A DNA stretch of 64,000 nt from Batkoa obscura (Eukaryota), in assembly GCA_030770535.1 (NCBI GenBank), contig JASVEC010000021.1, positions 806,001 through 870,000 of the forward strand, written 5' to 3'. Below are positions 37,927 through 49,213 of this stretch, in pieces (position 1 is the first letter of the stretch; each line of letters begins with the position of its first letter). Below the pieces are notes generated by a model. It was not told the origin of the DNA. It did no database searches and worked only from the letters and a program-made list of their open reading frames with translations. A program made the translations under genes and the position numbers.

Positions 37927-39135
37927 ATGCGCTTTACTAGAGTCTTAATTTCCTACCTATTTACAACAGTAGTCTATTCCCAGTTACACGAACCAGAAGA
38001 AGACTTCTCCTTAATCACCCTTGAATCTCTTCAAGTCACTTCCAAGTTAACCATTGTCGAGGAAGTCGATATCCATGTAAATCCATCTGCTACTCCTTCC
38101 TCATCTCGTTTTGTTCCTTTCGAATCCCTTTATTCATCTTACATTAGTACAGAAGCCTATGAGACTTACGAAACTTCTAATACAATATCTACCTCTTTAG
38201 AGTTAGATGTTGAAGTTGAATCTAGTATAAGGTATTCAGTGGTATTGAATCAAACTATTTTTGAAGACATAACTTATGGTCCTCAAGCTGAAGAATATTT
38301 TTTGAATTCTCATTTCAATAAAAAAAGTAACAAACTATTTCAAAGTAATATAGTGATCAGCAGTGAGCTAGAGTCCAAACGTATTGCTAGATATGCTGGA
38401 GCTGCGTATTGTAGCGATGGCAATTTAAAACAATGGATATGTCACCATTGTCAGGTGCTTGGTAGCGCAGTCACTATAATTGATATATTCTATCATAAGG
38501 ATACCAAAGGGCGTGGCTTTATAGCAATTGATAATCACAAAAGCCAAATTATTTTGTCGTTTCGAGGAAGTAGTAACTTAAAGAATTGGATTACTAATTT
38601 AAATTTCCGTCAAACACATTATAAGGTAAAGGATGGGGATCCTAAAATGAAAGTCCACACTGGGTTTAAAAATGCGATCGATGCTTTATTTCCTTTATTT
38701 TCACCCAGAATTGAAAAATTACTTATTAGATACCCAGATCATGCTTTGATCGTTACTGGTCATTCTTTAGGTGGTGCCTTAGCCAACCTAGCTACGATTG
38801 AATTACAGCAACATTTAAATTTGCCATGGGGAAGGATTCAACTATTTACTTATGGTTCCCCAAGAGTCGGAAATAAGGCTTTTGCTTTATGGTTAAATAG
38901 CAAATACCTTAGCTCCACAAGGGTTGTTTTTAATAGAGATATTGTCCCCCACTTACCACCAAAAATTTTAGAATATGTTCATTACCAGAGAGAGCTACAT
39001 ATTTATAAGAATCGAGCTTATGTGTGTTCCGATGAAGCATTGGAAGATGAAAAATGCTCTTTAGCCAGAGCCCCTATTCTTTCCATTAACGATCACTTAA
39101 CTTATTGGGATGTACGATTAGGTGGTATTTGTTAA
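37927..39135 (+). CDS. Secreted class 3 lipase with a long S/T/E-rich propeptide
   Basis: Signal peptide; AAYC, SFRGS, VHTGF, TGHSLGG, YGSPRVGN, DIVPHLP and DHLTY motifs. Confidence 0.95.
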   Translation: MRFTRVLISYLFTTVVYSQLHEPEEDFSLITLESLQVTSKLTIVEEVDIHVNPSATPSSSRFVPFESLYSSYISTEAYETYETSNTISTSLELDVEVESSIRYSVVLNQTIFEDITYGPQAEEYFLNSHFNKKSNKLFQSNIVISSELESKRIARYAGAAYCSDGNLKQWICHHCQVLGSAVTIIDIFYHKDTKGRGFIAIDNHKSQIILSFRGSSNLKNWITNLNFRQTHYKVKDGDPKMKVHTGFKNAIDALFPLFSPRIEKLLIRYPDHALIVTGHSLGGALANLATIELQQHLNLPWGRIQLFTYGSPRVGNKAFALWLNSKYLSSTRVVFNRDIVPHLPPKILEYVHYQRELHIYKNRAYVCSDEALEDEKCSLARAPILSINDHLTYWDVRLGGIC

Positions 39136-39464
39136 GTTTTGTATATATTACCTATTATGCTACTGTACTGATTTTAATTATATTATTTTACTTTTTTCAA
39201 TAAATTCTTTAAACTTATTTTTATTTTCAAAATCCTTAAATTTTATGAATTAATCTTCCAAGATTCAAATTTTATTAAACCTGCAATAGTTTTAGCATAT
39301 TATGCGCTGTCATTTTTTGATTTCATTTAGATTTGGCATCATTTGATTCAACCAAAGTAACGATTAGAAAGGGGAATAATTTAATCTCGATTGTATTAAA
39401 ATGAGGCAATAAAACTATATTAAAATTCAATGACATGAAAAGAGATATGAATTTTTTAAATATT

Positions 39465-39561
39465 AAGGATGTTTTTTTTGATTTCATTATTTTTCCATTT
39501 TTAAGCGTTATTCGAATGGAAAAATTGTTAGCAAAATTCTTAAGCACAAAAAAACACCCCC
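39465..39561. mobile_element. MITE family A
   Basis: AAGGATGT...ACACCCCC with the family core. Confidence 0.8.
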
Positions 39562-40386
39562 ATTTGTAATTAGGTTTAGACCAATTCGTGATTTCAAGAC
39601 CAGCAATTAATAAAATAGCTTTTATTCTTGTATTATAACTGTAACTTTTCAAAAAAATCTGTAGTGCGTAATTTGGATAACTTTTTTTGATATAACAATA
39701 TTTTAAAATATCATTCTAAATGTATGAATTAATTTACGATGCTAAGTTTTTTGAAATGCTAATCATACTGCGGAGCCATTGACCCCTTAACAAAAACATA
39801 GTATGTAACAATATTTCTATATTTTATATATTTGTTTTTTAAGACGTAACAGTTTTATTATAAAAAAGCTATAATTTTATATTTATTATCATAAAACTAT
39901 CTTGATTCTTTTGACTCTAATTTAAAATCTATAATATGGGGTTGTCTGAATTAGTTTCATTATTTTATCCAATTTTTAAAAAAATTTGTACTTTAAAAAC
40001 TTTGCTTAAAATTCTAAAATCAAATTTTTTATCAAAACAAAAGTACCCAGACACAGTTCTAAATCATTCTATTATAGTTTATACTATAAGTTAGCTGGAT
40101 TTCTAATAGATCTTAAATACATGTTCTTATAAAACTTTATTGGGAAATATTTATTATTGACTGCTTTATAACCAACATTGTAGATTTGTTACCGAATAAA
40201 TAAACTATTTTAATGTTATAATTACATTATTAATATATTGCCAAGTTAATAAATAGTTGTATGGGAGGGAGTGGTTAGCCCCAAAACTATAATTAACCAT
40301 CCCTAGATAGTACAAGTAATAATAGTTTTTACATATTATTACAGTTACTTGTTCTTTAAGTATTTATTAACTTAACTATCAATAAC

Positions 40387-42187
40387 TTAAGTAATCTTAA
40401 CATTTAATAATCTATTTCTATCATTTAAAAAAATACCTAATTGCTTAGTAAATATCGAAAATTTTAAATTCTTTGTTATTTTCATAAGGTAAGCTGGGAT
40501 TAATCTTTTAATTTTTCTATTTTCTATAGACTCTATAATTCCAATTAGAATTACTCAATTCTTTTTGATATATCAGATACTGGATAACAATGTAGTTTAT
40601 TGTTATGTTTAATAAAGTGTAAATACTTCTTAATGCCTTGCATCTCTATTATTCTTTTTGTATTTTTGTTTCTTTCATACTTTTTAAAAATTATATCTGT
40701 TTTCTCATTATTTACAGTCGAGTTATTAATTTTATTATGCTCGCAAATAAAAGCCTCAAATCTTGAAATTAATTATTAATGTCTTCTATTTTACCTAATG
40801 CTTCAAACTACTTTTGCATTTTGAAAGGTTTCCAAAATGTCCATCAACTATACTTTTTCATGATGTTCAGGAGAAAAATTAAGATCAATATTTAAACTAC
40901 TATTTATTTTATGAATTTCCTTAAATATATAATGTGGGAACCTTTGTGATCTAAAATGATTTCCTGTATCTACCCATGTATTAGTTTTTGTAAACTTTTT
41001 AAATAAAAGCTCTGTAGAGATTAAATCGATTAAACAATCTCCTCATATGGGAATGTTTTTTTGATTTCATTACTTTTTCCATTTTTTTAGCACTACCTGA
41101 GTGGAAAGATTGTTAGTGAAATTCTTAAACAAAAAAATACATCCCCATATGCTGAATCATGATTTAATATTTCAGATAAATAATCAAAGTAAACTTTGAC
41201 TATTGTTTTATCATCTTTTAAATATAAAACACCAAAGCCTAATACTGATATAGCTTGTTTGTTGTAACTATCTAAATTCATTGAATCTGGTCTTATTCCT
41301 ATTTCCATATTTTGTTTAAAATCTAAAACTATTATACAACTTTTATTATTTAATTTTCTGATAGTTTCATTAAATGTGTTTTTTTGAGTATCAACACAGA
41401 ATTTATGTAATCTGTATAATTTTTCTTCTTCATTGAGAGTTTCTTCTATCTCTGCTTTGTTTTTTGCTGTATTTATTTTGTTTTCAAATAACTTTTTTCT
41501 AACTGTATACTGGGTACATATATTACATAGATCCGTTTTTCTTGCTGGATTTTTGAAATTACTTGGTATATGTTTAAAAAATGTTGACCTAGCTACTACT
41601 TTGTCTTTTAAATCATTCAAATACTTACTGTATATCATTCTTCTACTTTTATTTAATATATATATATTATCTGATGAATATTTACTGTCATTACTTTTTT
41701 ATTAAATCTTGATGAAATAGTTGAATCATTTAGTAAATATCGTATAATAGCTTCAATTCGCTTATCTTTAATTTTTTTTATATTTTTAATAATAGATTGT
41801 AATGTTGATATTTTATTATTGTTACTTATTTTTGAATAATCATATTGATTTTTATTTATATTAAACCCAAAGCTTTTACATTCATCAAAAGAATATACTG
41901 AAGCCATAGTTGATAATAATCCTACTTGTTGATTTTTATTTCCTGTTTCCCTTAAAGCACTAATTTTATACATTGCTTGATTAAGTTTGTTATCATCGAT
42001 AATAAACTTCGATAATATATCTTTGCTCTGTTTTATTTTATTATAAAATTTCGTAAACCCTGGGTTGTTATAAGTAGCTCTTAAAATCGATGTAAATCAA
42101 TTAAAATGTTTATATTGTGTACTTCCTCCCTATTGTATTAAAATTTTTAAAAATCCCATTTTGAAATTTAGTTATGAAAGCTTGCAT
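40387..42187 (-). pseudogene. Disrupted Sola-type transposase
   Basis: Homologous to 7995-9676, with indels, stop codons and a MITE at 41049. Confidence 0.85.
41049..41146. mobile_element. MITE family A inside the transposase CDS
   Basis: TSD ATAT; copy 1 has the empty site (single ATAT at 8658-8661). Confidence 0.95.
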
Positions 42188-42211
42188 TTTGCTTCTGTTT
42201 TAACAAAAAAT

Positions 42212-42673
42212 TGCGAAATCTGGTACTCAGTGACTTGGAGTCGAAAACAGAGATTGCTTAGTTGGCTATGCTGTAAGTCGAAAGGTCTTGGTTTATGTAA
42301 CTAAGATAGACTTGAATTATGAAGAATACCACGTAACAGACTATGGACTATGTAAGGCAAATATAATAGACAATACTACTGTAAAACCTAGATAAAATAA
42401 TATTAAGAAAATTTAGCGGCTTTATTAAATGTACGATATCAGGAAATAATTCAGTTAAAAGTTTCAAGCTACTATGTTGAAGGATCTCTTTTATACTACA
42501 ACAAGTATAAATAGCAAAACGGGGAGGTAATGGCCTTCAGAATCACATGACAAATTCTCATATCAAATCAAAACAAGACCATGAGATTAATTGTCTCTGA
42601 AGTCGAAAGCACAACAACTTAAGTAATTGTTATCCCATAATCAATAATGAAGCTAAAAAAGTAATATTCCACA
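42212..42673 (-). mobile_element. Probable solo LTR (462 bp)
   Basis: Absent from copy 1; TG...CA ends with a short imperfect IR (TGCGAAAT / ATTCCACA); AAAT duplicated; minus-strand TATAAAAG (about 42495) followed by AATAAA (about 42426). Confidence 0.7.
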
Positions 42674-42727
42674 AAATAAAGTCAAATAACTGTATTTATG
42701 TAACTATATATTATGTATCTATTAAAT

Positions 42728-42824
42728 GGGGATGTATTTTTATGTTTAAGAATTTGCTAACAATCTTTCCATCCAAATAACGCTTAAAAGATGGAAAAGT
42801 AATGAAATCAAGAAAAACATCCCC
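42728..42824. mobile_element. MITE family A inside Sola copy 2
   Basis: TSD AAAT; empty site in copy 1 (about 9763). Confidence 0.93.
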
Positions 42825-42854
42825 AAATATTTAATAGAAATAACATAAACATAT

Positions 42855-42953
42855 GGGAGTGTTTTTTTTGGCTTCATTACTTTTTCTATCTTTTAAGCGC
42901 TATTTGAGTGGAAAAATTATTAGTGAAATTCTTAAATACAAAAATACATCCCC
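42855..42953. mobile_element. MITE family A inside Sola copy 2
   Basis: TSD ATAT; empty site in copy 1 (about 9790). Confidence 0.93.
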
Positions 42954-43711
42954 ATATAGTTAGAAAAATTAGCTATTTAAAAAAAGGAAACAATTAAAAT
43001 AAGCTCTTAACAATATTTAATTTTAAGCTCTTTAGATTTAGCCGTCACATTAAATGCACAAATTTAAAAACTTAAAATTTAGATTAATCTCTAAATAAAT
43101 TCTGAAACCAATTTGGGCAGCCCCGTATCATCTTTTAAGTATAATATTTCTTAGTATGGCAAACTCGTTCTTTGTTTTTTATGCTTTTTACTTTTTGTCT
43201 ATTATTATTTTCACTGATGAGGATGTTATTAGAAGGACTTAACCTCGGTAGAAAGTAAAGCTATGTTTACTTCCATAAACTTGATATCATTTGTTTCTAA
43301 AATTGATCAACAATTCTTTTGTAATTCCAGCTAATGGAAATTTTGATTGGAGATGAGATTATATGGTTTCTACTACTGTGTTCATCCTTTGCATCACACT
43401 ATTTCCTGGAATGATCCCCTATCTATAACGTAAAGCTAAAAAGCAAACTATCACATTTATTAGTATTAAATAATCAGATCTTAGCAGAAGGTTGAAAAAT
43501 ATTTATTAAGAGTTAGATTTGATTGAATTTATATAACTACAAGTGTGCTGGAATTTATGTAATTTTTGAAGTTGAAATAAATACTTAAATGAATATTAAA
43601 ACGTCAAAAGTCCTATATAGATATCAAATAATATAAAAAATATTTCATACATTTATTTTACTATAAAACAATGAAACATGTTAAAAACATTAATATTCTA
43701 ATCAAGAATAT

Positions 43712-43812
43712 GGGAGTATTTTTTTTTTGGTTTCATTACTTTTTCCATTTTTTAAATACTATTTGAGCAGAAAATTTGTTAGTAAAATCCTTAAACACAA
43801 AAATACATCTCC
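43712..43812. mobile_element. MITE family A
   Basis: GGGAGTAT...ACATCTCC, TSD ATAT. Confidence 0.88.
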
Positions 43813-44299
43813 ATATACTAAAATTTGTTTTCATAATTAATTCTCAGCTAAAAAACCGTTAAATTTTAAATTTTATACCAATTTTATACCAATTTTATAC
43901 CAACTCATGTTAACTCAAAATTATAATGTAATGATTTTTTATATACAAAATCTTTTTAGATATAGTAAGATTGATTTACTCAAATATATTTATTAACAGT
44001 AAGATTAATATTATCCATGCAACTATAATAATTTTTATTAATAGAATAAGCTGTATCAGCATTAAATACAAAACAATAGTACAAACACAGTTTTTCATTA
44101 AATACTTTGCAGTTTTTTTATAGAAAGTATTCTGATTATGGGTTCAACTTCAGGTGTTGATAATTTTGGCATTTGGATATAGATCTATTACTCTTTTCTA
44201 TATGAATCTACCCTTTTCCCCAGCAAATTATCCATGCCTACTTTTGAGCCTGTTGGATTTTTAATATTGAGCCAATAAATATTTTCCAAAGCTTTATAT

Positions 44300-44489
44300 G
44301 AGGATATGGGGATGTATCTTTTGTTTAAGAATTTACTAACAATCTTTCCATTTAAATAACGCTTAAAAGATGGAAAAAGTAATGAAATCAAGAAAAACAT
44401 CCCCATATATTTCTTTTAAGAATTTACCAATAATTCCCTCACTCAAATAGTGAAAAAACAAAAAAGTGGCAAAACAAAAAAACACCATC
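44300..44489. mobile_element. Two nested MITE A copies (inner 44308-44404)
   Basis: The outer copy starts GAGGATAT and resumes after the inner copy's ATAT TSD. Confidence 0.85.
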
Positions 44490-45164
44490 ATACCAATCCC
44501 TGAACACCTGTAGTTGCTAGGCTATCGTCATTATCAACCCCATTTAGTATTTCAAGTGGATTAGAGAATGGTTGAAGCAACCCAATTATAACAACCTTAA
44601 TTATCATTGAAGCTATTTTGCATATTAGGCTGATTGTTTGGAAACCTAAATACTATAAAACTCCATTGGTCACACTATTAATGCCTAAAACCAAAAGGGC
44701 ATTAGGTGCAACTTAAGTAACCTGCTTGATTTGATTAAATCCCAAGCTAAACTGAGAACGCCTTGCGTATATTTTATAATCTTACGTAAACTCAATCTAA
44801 CTTATACTCTATCACTATTTAAGGTCTATCAAATAAAACACTTAATATCAGTATTGATTATAAGAGCTTTAATTTAAAAATCTCATACTTATAAAAAATT
44901 ATTTATCACAGATATAGCATTAGATTGTGTGGGTTTAGGAATAACCATATCAGCAAGGTTCACTGATTCAAGTGGTTTATCAACTCATGCCACTAAAGCA
45001 CTTTCTGAAATTGAAAAATCTGTAGTAGATATGGGTATAAATATACATTATCAAATACCAACAGATCAAAAATATACCGCAATTACAGTTGGTGCTATTG
45101 AAGTAATACAAGAAATTATTAGGGCTATTGAAAAGGCAATCGTTGACACAGCTTGGATCTAAAT

Positions 45165-45262
45165 GGGGATGTATTTTTGTATTTAAGAATTTCCTAATAA
45201 TTTTTCCACTCAAATAGCGCTTAAAAGATGCAAAAAGTAATGAAGCCAAAAAACACACACCC
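45165..45262. mobile_element. MITE family A
   Basis: GGGGATGT...ACACACCC, TSD AAAT. Confidence 0.9.
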
Positions 45263-46030
45263 AAATATTGCCCAGATTGATTAATTAGAGAGTTTAAAAA
45301 GAAATAGTTATGGAAGGAACAACAGATTAAATGAAGTATATTCTTTCATTGTCAGAAAATCAACTTAAGTGAGTCATTTCAGCTTATAGAAATATACAAA
45401 GGAATTTTCACTCTGTCTTGTATTTTAGTAAAGTTTGCTTTGATAATTAATACTTTTATAGTTAATCCAATTAATGCCCATACTACTCAAAAAACCGATG
45501 GGGAAATTAGTAAAGAACATGAGGATTAACTTTACTAAAACATATTATCTCAGCATTGTAATATTTTATACTCTAGCTTTATCAAAATCACATTATTACA
45601 TCTTTACTTAAGAATATTACTTATAAAAGTTTTAAAGGAATGTTCTTTTCGAGTTTAAAAGGAGAATACTCTTCCTTTAAGTTATTTTTTATTTTCCGAG
45701 CTTACAGTTTGATAAGTTGATGGTAAAATCATGTAAAAACAACCATATCAGGCGTTTTAGTCTCCAAAAGTTGAATCTATCAAGAGGTTATATATAAATT
45801 GAAATAATTGAACTTGTGCATGATTTGAGAGAATGTTTTATCCAAAAAGACATTTACAAATGAGCTTAATCATATATTTACTGTTCGGGATTGGACCTTT
45901 GTATTATTATTTATGAAGTTCTACATAGAACATTCAAATATCCAATGAGCTATACTAATTTTTTAAATTAAAATGTTCTTTTATTACAAATGACATAAAT
46001 ATCAAAAAATAAAGTACAAATCACATCAAA

Positions 46031-47398
46031 ATGTTTTCAAATCTTTTAGAGTTAGTGTTCCTATATTTGCTATTTTTGAAGAGTCCAAACTGTTCAAATG
46101 TACCAGGAATATCTGGAGCTAATGGAGATGTTATTAATGATGTGATGTATGTAGTTGGTGGTCTTGATTTATTAGATTTTACAGAAGATGAAGATATTAA
46201 CGAAAGTAACTCGAATAGCAAAGTTTACTATATAGACCTTAGAAAAGGGATGGACCTCAACAATGACCAAGAAAAAGATTGGGAATTCGATTTGCTTATA
46301 GATCAACCTTTAAATCGATTGCTCTACCATAATGTTATTAAAAAGGACAATAACTCGGAAGACCTTTTAATTATAGGAGGAATGCTCACGCCGCTCGAGG
46401 AGAGTGTAAAGGTATTTAACACCAGAACAAAAACATGGAAAATCGATCCTGTAGGAAGCCAGTTTATTAAGAATTTAAACTTCACTAAATCAGGTGACTC
46501 TCATTTAAGTTATGGACCTTTTGCGTCAACCTTAACTCGAAACGATTTAAATCCAGATGAGCTAATTTTATTTGGTGGCGGATATACTAGTGAAAAAATG
46601 AAAGAAGAAGCGGGGGAAGGTGCTTATCATGGTTTAGTCATTTACAATACTAAATATGATAAATGGAGAACTGTTGGGGAGAACAGTCAATATTCAATCG
46701 GTACTCATAATTCAGTTATACATAATGGAAACTTAATGTTATTCGGAGGTGTTGATACTCCCTCAAATGAATTTATTGGATTTGATACTATTGTAAGTTT
46801 TAATATCAAAGATGAAAAATGGCATAATCAAACTACATCAGGCGAGTTTCCGAGTATACGTTCTATTTTTGGCCTAAAAAAAGTTAATAATCTCGTTTAT
46901 ATATTAGGTGGTACTGATGATCAAAATGTTGAAAGATTTACAGATAGTTCATTATATGTTCTAAATTTAGATGGTCTTACTTGGGAAAAGTATTATATAC
47001 CTGGATTGGTCAGTACTATATTAGGTTACTTAGAGCACTATAATGGCTATCTTTTATATGGCTTTGGCTTACGTCTGGAACTTTATTCGAAAATGCAGAT
47101 AATTAGCTTAAATAATTATACTTTAGTAAATCGATTGCCTTCAGCGAAAGAGATGGAAGAATCAAAACCTAAAAGTCAAGTATCTACTATTGTTAGCGGC
47201 TCAATTGGTGGACTCGTAGGGGTTATACTATTAATCGCTCTAACTTATTTTTTGTATAAGAAGCTCAAACAATATCGTATTGTAAAAAAAGTGCCTTTGA
47301 CTATCCCTGAGCCAACACATAGCAACACGGTGTTTATTATTAAAGATCCAAATTTTATGCTCGATGATGATGAACCTGAATTCGACCAAACGCTATAA
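46031..47398 (+). CDS. Kelch-repeat single-pass membrane protein, paralogue 1
   Basis: Signal peptide; repeated hydrophobic-GG...W kelch blades; one TM helix (GSIGGLVGVILLIALTYFLY); short cytoplasmic tail. Confidence 0.88.
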   Translation: MFSNLLELVFLYLLFLKSPNCSNVPGISGANGDVINDVMYVVGGLDLLDFTEDEDINESNSNSKVYYIDLRKGMDLNNDQEKDWEFDLLIDQPLNRLLYHNVIKKDNNSEDLLIIGGMLTPLEESVKVFNTRTKTWKIDPVGSQFIKNLNFTKSGDSHLSYGPFASTLTRNDLNPDELILFGGGYTSEKMKEEAGEGAYHGLVIYNTKYDKWRTVGENSQYSIGTHNSVIHNGNLMLFGGVDTPSNEFIGFDTIVSFNIKDEKWHNQTTSGEFPSIRSIFGLKKVNNLVYILGGTDDQNVERFTDSSLYVLNLDGLTWEKYYIPGLVSTILGYLEHYNGYLLYGFGLRLELYSKMQIISLNNYTLVNRLPSAKEMEESKPKSQVSTIVSGSIGGLVGVILLIALTYFLYKKLKQYRIVKKVPLTIPEPTHSNTVFIIKDPNFMLDDDEPEFDQTL

Positions 47399-49213
47399 AT
47401 TAAAATTAAAATATGTATTGTTTCTATTATCACACTTTTTAAAACTTTCAAGCATCTAATTTTTAACTCGCTTAAAAAATATTCTAAACATTATTTTTAT
47501 AGGCAACTTTCAGTTTTTAACTTAGTTTTTAGAACTAAATATTCTTCAAAATAAATGGTACTAATATTGCTTGTAGATATTTAAGAAATAAAGTGAAACG
47601 AGTTATAGTTTTTAAACTTTCTTTTATCTTTGTTCGGTTGCTTTAGCTATTTACCTTTTAATTTACAGTTATCAAGATACTTATAGCATTGATCATTAAT
47701 TAGGCTGCTATAGCTTTTTTTGAAATCTTGAAAGATGTGTAAAATTGAGGATTAGTGGTAAGAAGGGAGAAAAGCAATGAGAGAGAGGATATGATATAAT
47801 CAGAAGAGAGGGGAGTTCCTAGGAGTAGGGTTTAGATCTAGTCAAGTTTAAGATATTAAAATTATGGTCTGTATTATAAATTTGAAAAGTGCAACAGGTC
47901 TTCAGTTTCTAAGGTAGAGAATAAGAAACAGCCGATTAACAGTTTGGTACAATAAACATAAATAAACCACAAGTCAAAAGCATAAACAAATGCACAAAGA
48001 AAAAGAGCAAATAACAGAAGGCTTTAGAGAGTTAGGGATAAGCTGGTAAGAAAGAAGTAAATGAGGAGGGGACCATTATATCTTACAATGGGATTTTATA
48101 ATTTTTAAGTATATATAAGTATTTCAATTAATATCAAAATCAGAGATTTTGAAATTGCTAAAATTACATGATATTACAGCGCTTCAATGATGAAGCAATT
48201 CAATGTTTAATCTACTAACAACTAATACATATAGTAGATGAGCTTAAATTTATGTTTGGTGATTTTGATGTAGCTTATTCTAGAAAGTTTTGTTTTTAAT
48301 TAAATTTTTAAAGAAAATTGTAAATGAAAAGCTAACTGTTTATGATTTAACTAATATTGTATTTAGGGCAGGAGCTGTTAATAAACTTATTGGAAATTTT
48401 ATAAACATTTTTTAAAAAGTTGAAACCTTCAATAGCTATATAAGTTGTCTTTATTTTTACAGTAAACCAAAATGTTCTTGTTCTTGCTCTTTAACTCTCG
48501 GACTGACATTCACACCGACTATTTTTTTTAGTTTTAGAAAGATAATAAATATTAAATTGAAATTCAGACTGTATAGTTATATTTCAATAAGGTTAAACCA
48601 AAATTGGAATTGAAAAATTAATCTAGCTATTGATGAAACTTTTATGAAAGTAACCAATTTCTAAAGCAATTACAAATAATAAGAAAACATTTTAAAATCG
48701 AGCCAAATGGCACACGTAAGTAAAAGATGAGATTCTACTATAAGATGGGCTTGACTATTCTGAACACCTTTCTTTTTGAACTTTTTTCTCTTTGAAATTA
48801 CTTGATTTTAGATAAATCTGTAAAACCCACTATATTATGAGTAGGCTATTGAAGTGTCTTTTTTATATTTATAGTTTAAATAATATTGAATAACCTTTAA
48901 TAAGATCTTAAATTAAAAAAATCAAATAATTACAACAAAAGGTTGATTAAAATATTATGTAATAAGAAGTGTTGTAATTTTTTAAGAATAATTATGCTAT
49001 ATTCTTATAAAAGTTATCATATCCTTTACTAAAAACTATTATTTAGACTATTCTACTTTTAAACCAGTGCTTTTGATTAAGAATAGTACAGCCTTTCATA
49101 TCAAATAAACCTAATATGGGTTATTTCGAACCACTACTTCACAAAATAAGCATTGGAGTTACTGTGAGCTGAAGATTAATATTTATAATTTAAGAGTCTT
49201 AAATTTTAGCTAA

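Larger units (their letters stand above)
39938..43124 (-). mobile_element. Sola-like DNA transposon, copy 2, degenerate, carrying 4 nested insertions
   Basis: Same TIRs as copy 1; flanks ATAT/GTAT; colinear with 7544-9959 apart from the insertions. Confidence 0.88.

Noticed and set aside
44929..45162. 77-aa coding-like ORF, possibly a retroelement fragment
   Set aside because: No upstream ATG and no recognisable domain; the stop precedes the MITE.
47740..48075. Purine-skewed stretch between the kelch genes
   Set aside because: No ORF, termini or second copy in the window; cannot be assigned.
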